From Patescibacteria group bacterium (lineage in GTDB: Bacteria > Patescibacteriota > Patescibacteriia > UBA10025 > JAHIVO01): a stretch of DNA of 60,657 nt. Shown piece by piece: positions 9,574 through 16,696 of the stretch. The translations under genes and the position numbers were made by a program. The stretch is taken from the NCBI GenBank assembly GCA_041649335.1, contig JBAZNF010000002.1, positions 1 to 60,657 on the forward strand, in the 5' to 3' direction. The notes below the pieces were generated by a model. The model was not told where the DNA came from and made no database searches. It was given only the letters and a program-made list of their open reading frames with translations. The first letter of the stretch is position 1, and every line of letters starts with the position of its first letter.

Positions 9574-9602
9574 ATTATATCATAATTTGGCGAAAAAATC
9601 AA
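9574..9602 (-). promoter_or_regulatory. sigma70-type promoter candidate for the yebC-led array
   Basis: On the minus strand: TTGATT, 17 nt, then TATAAT with a TG extension (TGATATAAT). The -10 ends 40 nt before the yebC ATG. Confidence 0.55.
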
Positions 9603-9638
9603 TCCCCACACCATTCGTTTACGAATGGTGTGGGGATT
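9592..9638 (-). terminator. intrinsic terminator downstream of the Trx-CcdA gene
   Basis: Perfect 17-bp stem (aatccccacaccattcg / cgaatggtgtggggatt) with a 4-nt loop. On the minus strand it is followed by GATTTTTTCG. Confidence 0.8.
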
Positions 9639-9719
9639 GCCCCGATGTGCACAGGGGGGTCTTAAGCGGCCAGCATTTTTTCCGTTAGAATATTTTCATG
9701 AGCCATCGCCTGATGGGCA

Positions 9720-10793
9720 CTATATCAGCAGGTAGATGCCAAGTGACAACAATATAATGCCCGCAACAGCATGAAGGAGCCTTAGTCGTCGCTGGCGGAT
9801 AGCTTCCAGTCGCTCGGGCTTAAGGCCATAATATACCGCCAGAGTGATGGCGATCATCGGCAGGATAAAAATCAAATTGTAATAGACCAGCCACTGCACG
9901 GCTTTTGGGAAGGTGGCTGACGTGCCCAGCATGCCGATAATGACAATATAGGGTCCGGATGTACAGGGCAGTAGGAATATGCTGACCACAATGCCGACGG
10001 CAAAAGCAATAAGCGGGTTGGTAACTGATTGGATAAGCTGTTTCAGCCGGGGACGCCAACCCATCGGGACTTCCATAAGAAATCCTTTGCCGTACCATAT
10101 CGCGTCTTTGATGTTAAACAACCCAAGGACGATGGCCAGTATGCCGATAATCCGTTGGATCCATACGGTCGTCCCAACCGCCGATACGGCCGAATATAAT
10201 CCCAGCCCCATGGCCAGATAGGAGAGGTAGATGGCCAGCGTAAAGGTTAAACCGGATACCAATGCGCGGCGCCGGCTTCCTGATGCCAATACCGTGCCCA
10301 TAAGAATGACCAGGACGGCGAAGGCGCACGGGTTGATGGCGTCCACCAGCGCGGCCCCACTCACTGACCAGACATTGAGGGAGGCGGATGGTGCGGTATC
10401 CTCGTGGGCAGTATTTGTCGCGGCGGGTGACGGTATGGCCGACGGCGGGGAGTTTAACGCCGCGATGATGGGTGAGTCGCCGACAAAATAATGCCCGTTG
10501 ATAATGGCGAACGGCACACCCTGGTCTGATGCCGGGACGCGGTATTGGCTGAACAGGCTGGTGAGTTCTTGGGCATTTTGCGCATTGGAATATACTTCCT
10601 TACTGACGATGTCATAACGCTCATCCAGGCGGTTGTCCTGGATATATTGCTTTACGATTTCACAATGCGGACAGCCTTCGCCCCAGTACAAATACACGGT
10701 CATTTTTTCCGTCTGGGCGTGCAGGGCGACCGGCACAATGAGAGCCGTCAGTATTAGGGCCATGACGGCGAGAGCAGTGCACATCCGATTCAT
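9720..10793 (-). CDS. thioredoxin-like domain fused to CcdA/DsbD-type transmembrane thiol-disulfide transporter
   Basis: 357 aa. Signal/TM segment, then YLYWGEGCPHCEIVKQYI (CPHC redox motif). This is followed by a polytopic domain with DAINPCAFAVL and FLLPCTSGPY, the conserved Cys-containing helices of CcdA/DsbD. Confidence 0.8.
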   Translation of the reverse strand: MNRMCTALAVMALILTALIVPVALHAQTEKMTVYLYWGEGCPHCEIVKQYIQDNRLDERYDIVSKEVYSNAQNAQELTSLFSQYRVPASDQGVPFAIINGHYFVGDSPIIAALNSPPSAIPSPAATNTAHEDTAPSASLNVWSVSGAALVDAINPCAFAVLVILMGTVLASGSRRRALVSGLTFTLAIYLSYLAMGLGLYSAVSAVGTTVWIQRIIGILAIVLGLFNIKDAIWYGKGFLMEVPMGWRPRLKQLIQSVTNPLIAFAVGIVVSIFLLPCTSGPYIVIIGMLGTSATFPKAVQWLVYYNLIFILPMIAITLAVYYGLKPERLEAIRQRRLRLLHAVAGIILLSLGIYLLI

Positions 10794-10827
10794 ATTGTTT
10801 TAGGCCAAATAATGATAAGATATATGT

Positions 10828-11571
10828 ATGTCATCAGAATATATTATTCAAGTTTTGGTATTATCTGCACTTTCCGGGGCGGCCACTATTCTTGGGGTTA
10901 TCATCGGGATCAGGGTTAACCATAAATCCGGGATTGTATTCGGAGCCAGTTTTGCCGCCGGGATCATGATATTGATTTCATTATGCGAACTGATGCCGGC
11001 ATCGTTCCGGGAGGGGATGCATTGGGTGACGGTAGCCGGGGTGGCGGCTGGAGCAGCGGTATTATGGGTAGCCAGCGCCGTGCTGCCGCATTTCCATACT
11101 GCCCAAGAAATCGAGTCAGCAGGGCCAAAACGACTGATGACCATGGCCTATCTGTTGGCCATCGGACTGATACTCCATGACTTTCCGGAAGGGTTCGCCA
11201 TACCCAGCTCATTTCATTTTTCCGATTCGCTTGGTTTTATCGTGGTGATTGCGACGTTTATCCATAATATTCCCGAAGGGTACATTTTATCCGTGGCGGG
11301 ATCAGTGAATGGCCGGCGAAACATGTCCTATTATTCGGCTTTTTTTTCCGCCTTATCTACCTTAGCCGGTGCGATTTTCGGTTTGTTGCTGCTGGACCGT
11401 TTTCATGCCCTGAACCAATTTTTTTTGGCCGTAGCCGCGGGCGCCATGCTGTTTATTGCCTGCCATGAATTAATTCCATACGTGAAACATATCGGCCGCG
11501 GTAAAAAAATGTCTTTCCTCGGTTTCGGTGCGTCGTCGGCGGTATATTTACTGTTGCTGTTGATTTTTTAA
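10828..11571 (+). CDS. ZIP family divalent metal (zinc/iron) transporter
   Basis: 247 aa, polytopic. LHDFPEGFA and HNIPEGY motifs are typical of ZupT/ZIP. Confidence 0.8.
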   Translation: MSSEYIIQVLVLSALSGAATILGVIIGIRVNHKSGIVFGASFAAGIMILISLCELMPASFREGMHWVTVAGVAAGAAVLWVASAVLPHFHTAQEIESAGPKRLMTMAYLLAIGLILHDFPEGFAIPSSFHFSDSLGFIVVIATFIHNIPEGYILSVAGSVNGRRNMSYYSAFFSALSTLAGAIFGLLLLDRFHALNQFFLAVAAGAMLFIACHELIPYVKHIGRGKKMSFLGFGASSAVYLLLLLIF

Positions 11572-11580
11572 CATTACGTA

Positions 11581-11901
11581 TTACTTCTCAATGGCAATAG
11601 CTAGGCCCTCGCTAAGTGCTTGGGCGGTTTTTTTGCGGGCTGAACTTAAAATTCGCTGGATAGTGCTCTGAGAAGTTTTCATGTGCCGAGCGGCTTCAAT
11701 TTGTTCGTAACCCTTGACGTCTACCAGCCAAAACGCTTCCAGCTCTTCACGGGTAATGGAAATGACTTGTAATTGCTTCAGCGGTATGCCCCGTGGCTTG
11801 AAATACAGAGCGCCCGGGTCAATGCAGGTATGCCTTCTCAATCGCGGCCTTGGCATATTTTCTAATATATATTTATTAAAAGTATTCCCGAGCCCTTCCA
11901 T
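11581..11901 (-). CDS. DUF134 (UPF0251) putative DNA-binding protein
   Basis: 106 aa. PRPRLRRHTCIDPGALYFKPRGIPL ... LEAFWLVDVKGYEQIEAARHMKTSQSTIQRIL (sigma region-4-like HTH). The true start may be the internal ATG at 11856. Confidence 0.75.
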   Translation of the reverse strand: MEGLGNTFNKYILENMPRPRLRRHTCIDPGALYFKPRGIPLKQLQVISITREELEAFWLVDVKGYEQIEAARHMKTSQSTIQRILSSARKKTAQALSEGLAIAIEK

Positions 11902-11932
11902 TAATGAAGAGCTCGGTTCCCAAGCCTTCTTT

Positions 11933-12178
11933 TTACTTTGACTGGCCTTTTAGGGCGGCTTTTTCTTCTTTCACTGCCTGCAGCTCTTCTGTGAGAATTT
12001 TTTCTTCATGATCGAGCGCTGCCATCTCATTCTTGGGGGAGATGAATCGCCTGGAACCGAAACCGTAACCACCGCGGCAACCTCGGCCCATTCTCATGCC
12101 TGCGCCGCAGGGGCCCATGCCCCAGCCAGCGCCTGGACCGCCGCCCCAGACAGGGCCTTGTCCGTTTTGTCTTGGCAT
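11933..12178 (-). CDS. DUF5320-like small protein (Gly/Met/Arg-rich N-terminus plus coiled coil)
   Basis: 81 aa. GGGPGAGWGMGPCGAGMRMGRGCRGGYGFG followed by LTEELQAVKEEKAALK. This architecture and the DUF134 neighbourhood are typical of the family. Confidence 0.6.
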   Translation of the reverse strand: MPRQNGQGPVWGGGPGAGWGMGPCGAGMRMGRGCRGGYGFGSRRFISPKNEMAALDHEEKILTEELQAVKEEKAALKGQSK

Positions 12179-12218
12179 ATATTTATTTCCTTGTTTAATG
12201 ATTAGTTCGACCTTTTAT

Positions 12219-12476
12219 TTATACTTTGTCGTGTTCGGAAAACTCCTTATTGAACATGGCGTCGTTTTTCCGCAGCCATTCAATCAGCATGGCTGCGTGT
12301 TCTTTTTCCTCATCGCGGTTATGCGCCAGTATCTTTTTGAGCCCTTCGTCCCTTGTCGCGTCAATGCGCTCCTGGTAATAATCAACCGCTTCAAGTTCCT
12401 CACGCAGGGATTGTGAGGCGCGGGCCAGTTCCAGCGTGATCTGCTCAAGGTTTTCTTCTTTCTCGAAATGTGGCAT
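12219..12476 (-). CDS. encapsulated-ferritin (EncFtn) family ferritin-like protein lacking a C-terminal targeting extension
   Basis: 85 aa. REELEAVDYYQERIDATRDEGLKKILAHNRDEEKEHAAMLIEWLRKND is nearly colinear with the EncFtn core (EELEAVDWY..ILAHNRDEEKEHAAM..EWLRRND). The protein ends about 12 aa after the core. Confidence 0.85.
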   Translation of the reverse strand: MPHFEKEENLEQITLELARASQSLREELEAVDYYQERIDATRDEGLKKILAHNRDEEKEHAAMLIEWLRKNDAMFNKEFSEHDKV

Positions 12477-12589
12477 ACGCGTCGTTTATTAATGGTTTAG
12501 TATAGTATTGGGATGTATATGCATTAAGCCCCCTGTACAGTTATGAGTATATATTCATAATGATTATTTGTCAAGTTCTATCTAAACGG

Positions 12590-12618
12590 TTGCCCACTTT
12601 CCATTTTTTTCGTATACT
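12590..12618 (+). promoter_or_regulatory. promoter candidate for the PGI/PMI gene
   Basis: TTGCCC, 17 nt, TATACT. The -10 ends 33 nt before the ATG at 12652. Confidence 0.4.
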
Positions 12619-12651
12619 GGTTCCATAAGACTATTAAATATCTTTACATTT

Positions 12652-13722
12652 ATGAACATTTTGGACGACTATAAGACTATGAAAAAATTTGACCGCTCAA
12701 ACATGCTCAGTTCCATTGAGTCGGTCGGTCTCCAGTGCCAGCAGGCCTGGTCCGAAGTGAAGCGGATACGCATTCCCAAAAACTACCGCCGGGTAAAAAA
12801 TATTGTCATCAATGGCATGGGGGGATCGGCTTTGGGCGGCCATGTTATTGGCACGTTATTCCACAAGCGGCTGCCCGTACCTTTCCATGTTATTAATAGC
12901 TATACACTGCCGGGCTGGGTGAACAAGGATACTCTGTATATTCTCTCTAGCTATTCAGGCACGACCGAGGAGGTCTTGGCCACGTTCAATGAAGCACGGC
13001 GCCGGCACGCGAAGCTCCTCATTATTTGCGCCGGCGGCCAGCTGGCAAAATTGGCAAAACGATTTCGGGTACCGGCCTATGTTTTTGAGCCGCGATTCAA
13101 CCCGTGCAACCAGCCGCGGATGGGTTTGGGGTATTCGATTTTCGGCCAGGTAGCTCTGTTGAAGCGGTGCGGGCTCCTGCCTATTTCGGACGGCGATTTT
13201 CAGAAAACGGTGGCCACGGTCCGTGAATGGCACAAGAAATTCGGCGCCCGCAACCCGTTAAAAAAGAATCCGGCGAAAAGAATGGCCGCTGGCCTGGTCG
13301 GCCGCATTCCGATCATCACCGCGGCCGAACATTTGTCAGGCAACGCGCATATCCTGGCCAACCAAATCAACGAGAACGCGAAGACGTTTTCCGCGTATTA
13401 CCTCCTGTCCGAATTGAACCACCACCTGATGGAAGGGCTCCATTTCCCGCGCGCAAACCGGAAAATTCTGCACTTCATCTCATTGGAATCCGCACGGTAT
13501 TTGCCGAGCATGACCAAGCGGTTTGCCATCACCAATAAGGTACTCGACAAAAACGGCATCAAGCATTCCACCTACAAAACCTCCAGCCGGACACCGATGG
13601 AGGAGGTCGTTGAAGTGCTGCTTTTCGGGAGCTATATGAATTATTACCTGGCGCTGTCAAACAGGCAGGACCCGTCACCGATACTGTTCGTGGACTATTT
13701 CAAGGCAGCGCTGAAAAAGTAA
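12652..13722 (+). CDS. bifunctional phosphoglucose/phosphomannose isomerase (SIS domain)
   Basis: 356 aa. INGMGGSALGG and LSSYSGTTEE SIS motifs; the length and C-terminal half fit the PGI/PMI family. Confidence 0.8.
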   Translation: MNILDDYKTMKKFDRSNMLSSIESVGLQCQQAWSEVKRIRIPKNYRRVKNIVINGMGGSALGGHVIGTLFHKRLPVPFHVINSYTLPGWVNKDTLYILSSYSGTTEEVLATFNEARRRHAKLLIICAGGQLAKLAKRFRVPAYVFEPRFNPCNQPRMGLGYSIFGQVALLKRCGLLPISDGDFQKTVATVREWHKKFGARNPLKKNPAKRMAAGLVGRIPIITAAEHLSGNAHILANQINENAKTFSAYYLLSELNHHLMEGLHFPRANRKILHFISLESARYLPSMTKRFAITNKVLDKNGIKHSTYKTSSRTPMEEVVEVLLFGSYMNYYLALSNRQDPSPILFVDYFKAALKK

Positions 13723-13780
13723 GGCCGGGCATTTTTTCAAGGGGATTGACGCTTTACGGATGGTTGCTTAAGATACACAT

Positions 13781-13812
13781 GTCTCCACAACCATGCTTGG
13801 TGGAGACTTTTG
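13781..13812 (+). terminator. intrinsic terminator after the PGI/PMI gene
   Basis: 8-bp stem gtctccac / gtggagac with an 11-nt loop, followed by TTTTG. Confidence 0.6.
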
Positions 13813-13827
13813 TCTTACGCCATTGGT

Positions 13828-13836
13828 TGATATAAT
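13828..13836 (+). promoter_or_regulatory. extended -10 element (TGATATAAT) 6 nt before the ATG of the first GT-C gene
   Basis: Exact TGATATAAT. The spacing implies a transcript starting at or next to the start codon (leaderless). Confidence 0.45.
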
Positions 13837-13842
13837 GTATCC

Positions 13843-15417
13843 ATGCACAACGAGCGTAAGATTAGCCATTTTTTTGTTAATCAGTGGTCCTGGATTAGCT
13901 ACCTGGTAATTTTTATTATTACGTTTGTTTTTTTTACCTGGCTGCAGGCTCCGGCATCGTTCCCGGACCCGGATTCCTTTTACCATACGGAGATGTCCCT
14001 GCTGATCCCCTCCGAGGGGATCCAGAAGACATTTCCCTGGCTGCAGGCCACTATTTTGAAGGATTCTTTCATTGACCAGCATTTTTTATACCACGTATTC
14101 CTGATGCCTTTTACCCATGCCATGAACCCGATCCAGGGCGCCAAGCTGGCCACGGTATTCCTGGGGGCGGGCTTATTGACCCTTTTTTACTGGTTGATGC
14201 GCGCCCAGAAGATAAAATTCGCCTTCGTATTCACGATGGCGCTTTTAGCCTCCATGCCGTTTGTTTTCCGCATCAATTTGGTCAAAGCGCCGGTTGTGTC
14301 CATTATTTTGCTGCTGGTCGGGCTATATTTGATGTTCCGGCACCGGTATTTTTTGCTTTTTGGGCTATCGTTCGCATTTGTTTGGGCCTATGGCGGGTTC
14401 ATTCTCATAATCGTTTTTACCGGGGTATACGCTGTCGTGTCCGTATTTGCCGATTTGTGGCGGCATGAGAGGGCGCGTAATTTTTTTATCGTCCTGAGCC
14501 ATAACCGGGAGGTCAGGCTTTTTATCGCCTCCTGTCTGGGGGTGGTGGCCGGGCTGATCATCAATCCGTACTTTCCCAATAACATCAGTTTTTACTGGCA
14601 TCAGCTGGTTCAGATAGGGATTATCAATTACCGTTCCGTCATTTCCGTCGGCAATGAGTGGTACCCGTATTCTTTTTTCGATTTAACCGCCAATACCGCG
14701 CTGGTGTCGATTTTGGTATTAGCGTCGATTTTATCTACAGTCCTCCAGTACCGGCCACCGACCAAAAAAGTCGTGACATTATTTTTCATTTATATCCTGT
14801 TTTTCGCCTTTACCCTGAAGTCGCGGCGGTACGTGGAATATTACGTGCCGTTCGGTATTTTATTTTCCGCATTTGCCTTAGGACAGCATATGTATCATCT
14901 GGAATGGCGCCGCGTCTGGTCGCGTGCATTATCGTTGTATATGCAGCACCGGATCGTCGGAACGATATTGATCGTATATTTTTTGACCACCATCCCCACG
15001 GTGATTATTAAGGATATACATTCTACGCATCACGACTATACGTCAGGCATCCCGGTTACCCGGTTTGCCGGTGTGGGCAGCTGGCTGGCGGAGTATTCCG
15101 AGCCGGGGGATATCGTATTCCATTCCAGTTGGGACGAATTTCCGGTCCTGTTTTACCACAGCCCGAAGGATTATTACATAGCCGGATTGGACCCGACCTT
15201 TACCTATGAATACAGCAAAGAGCTGTATCGGCAGATGGTGGACATTACTTTGGGCAGCCAGTCTACATACCTCTATCGGGACATTACGGAAAATTTTCAC
15301 GCGAAATACGTGCTGGTCGAAGCGAATCATTTCAAGATGAACAGTAATATCAAGGCTAATGCGGGCTTTACGGAAGTATATAAGGATAAAGACGCGACGT
15401 TGTATCAAGTAAACTAA
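13843..15417 (+). CDS. polytopic membrane protein, putative GT-C-fold glycosyltransferase (1 of 3)
   Basis: 524 aa with ten or more hydrophobic segments by eye. Acidic first-loop motif FPDPDSFYH. The soluble C-terminal domain ends ..FTEVYKDKDATLYQVN, a tail pattern shared with the third gene. Confidence 0.55.
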   Translation: MHNERKISHFFVNQWSWISYLVIFIITFVFFTWLQAPASFPDPDSFYHTEMSLLIPSEGIQKTFPWLQATILKDSFIDQHFLYHVFLMPFTHAMNPIQGAKLATVFLGAGLLTLFYWLMRAQKIKFAFVFTMALLASMPFVFRINLVKAPVVSIILLLVGLYLMFRHRYFLLFGLSFAFVWAYGGFILIIVFTGVYAVVSVFADLWRHERARNFFIVLSHNREVRLFIASCLGVVAGLIINPYFPNNISFYWHQLVQIGIINYRSVISVGNEWYPYSFFDLTANTALVSILVLASILSTVLQYRPPTKKVVTLFFIYILFFAFTLKSRRYVEYYVPFGILFSAFALGQHMYHLEWRRVWSRALSLYMQHRIVGTILIVYFLTTIPTVIIKDIHSTHHDYTSGIPVTRFAGVGSWLAEYSEPGDIVFHSSWDEFPVLFYHSPKDYYIAGLDPTFTYEYSKELYRQMVDITLGSQSTYLYRDITENFHAKYVLVEANHFKMNSNIKANAGFTEVYKDKDATLYQVN

Positions 15418-15427
15418 TAGAATCAAC

Positions 15428-16690
15428 ATGCCGGGGCCAGAAAAAACGCTAGCAGTCAAATCAAAAAAGCCTTTAATTATAATTGTGGTGTTTGCGATTT
15501 TCCTGGGCGGCGGCGTATGGTGGGCGCATTCCAGCCCGTCAAAATTTGCGAGTTGGTTGCCGGGCGGCGGCGTCAGCGTAACCCGTGACGACCAGGAGCT
15601 GTCAGTCTATTTTGAAAGGGTAGGCTTTGTCCGTGCGCATAGCGTTCCGTATAAGGAGAACCGGATTGAATATCCGATTCTTGGCACAATGTATCTGTCC
15701 CTCCCGGCACTGGCCAGCGGCGATGAAGCCGGTTACGCGCTTTGGCTGATGATCCTCAACAGCCTGTCGGCCGTGGCGCTGATGTATGTTACGTACCGCC
15801 TGCTGGCGCTATTGGGCCGCCCACACTCATTATTGTGGCTGTTTTTTCTGCCGGGGGTGGCATATTTTACGTTAAACCGTTTTGATATTTGGCCGGCTTT
15901 ACTGGTCCAGCTGAGTTTGCTGATGCTGTTCACAAAGCGGTGGAATTGGGCTTTTGTATTGCTGTGCGCGAGTTTTCTGGCCAAAGGGTACGCGATTCTT
16001 CTGTTCCCGATTTTTTTCGCTTATTGGCTGAGCCAGACAAAGCGGCCGGAGGTCAGTTTATGGAAAAACAAGCCGCTCTGGCTCCTCGTCGGGCCGGTCC
16101 TGGTCGTGATACTGTTGATGGTTGCGATGGCCGGAGGGCAAAATGGGCTGTTCCCTTACTATTTCCAGTCCACCCGCGGGTTCGCATTCGGTAGTGCGTA
16201 TACGATTTATATTATTGGGCTGACGTTCCTGATTCAGGAGCGCTGGCTGGTTATCATGATCGGCATTGCGACAAAAGTCATGTTGTTGGTACAGTTTATC
16301 CTGCCTGCGTTAATGTATGGCGGATACGCATTTTTTAGGCGTTTTATCCGTCAGACGGACGACGTCGTCCACTGGTCAACTATCGTTATTGCCGTGTATA
16401 TCCTCTTTTCCCCTTATTATTCACCGCAGTGGCTGTTGTGGCTTGTCCCGCTGTTGTTATTATGGCGGGCGTCTACAGTGGCCGGCCTGGCTGCCTTCGC
16501 CTATGGGCTGATGGCGTATTTGGAATTTCCCATAGCCATTAATGTATTTGGTTTTGATTCTATCCAGTATAATATGTTAGTGTTGGCGCGAACCGTATTA
16601 TTAGTTTCGATCGTTGTCATCGGGGCGGTCCAATTAAGGCGACGCGCGGACACGGCAGTCCCGCCGGCACCACTTCCCCTCCACTCATAA
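15428..16690 (+). CDS. polytopic membrane protein, putative GT-C/DUF2029-like glycosyltransferase (2 of 3)
   Basis: 420 aa, hydrophobic throughout. The first extracytoplasmic loop has RDDQELSVYFERV..EYPILGTMYL. Starts 10 nt after the previous stop. Confidence 0.45.
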   Translation: MPGPEKTLAVKSKKPLIIIVVFAIFLGGGVWWAHSSPSKFASWLPGGGVSVTRDDQELSVYFERVGFVRAHSVPYKENRIEYPILGTMYLSLPALASGDEAGYALWLMILNSLSAVALMYVTYRLLALLGRPHSLLWLFFLPGVAYFTLNRFDIWPALLVQLSLLMLFTKRWNWAFVLLCASFLAKGYAILLFPIFFAYWLSQTKRPEVSLWKNKPLWLLVGPVLVVILLMVAMAGGQNGLFPYYFQSTRGFAFGSAYTIYIIGLTFLIQERWLVIMIGIATKVMLLVQFILPALMYGGYAFFRRFIRQTDDVVHWSTIVIAVYILFSPYYSPQWLLWLVPLLLLWRASTVAGLAAFAYGLMAYLEFPIAINVFGFDSIQYNMLVLARTVLLVSIVVIGAVQLRRRADTAVPPAPLPLHS

Positions 16691-16696
16691 AACAAC

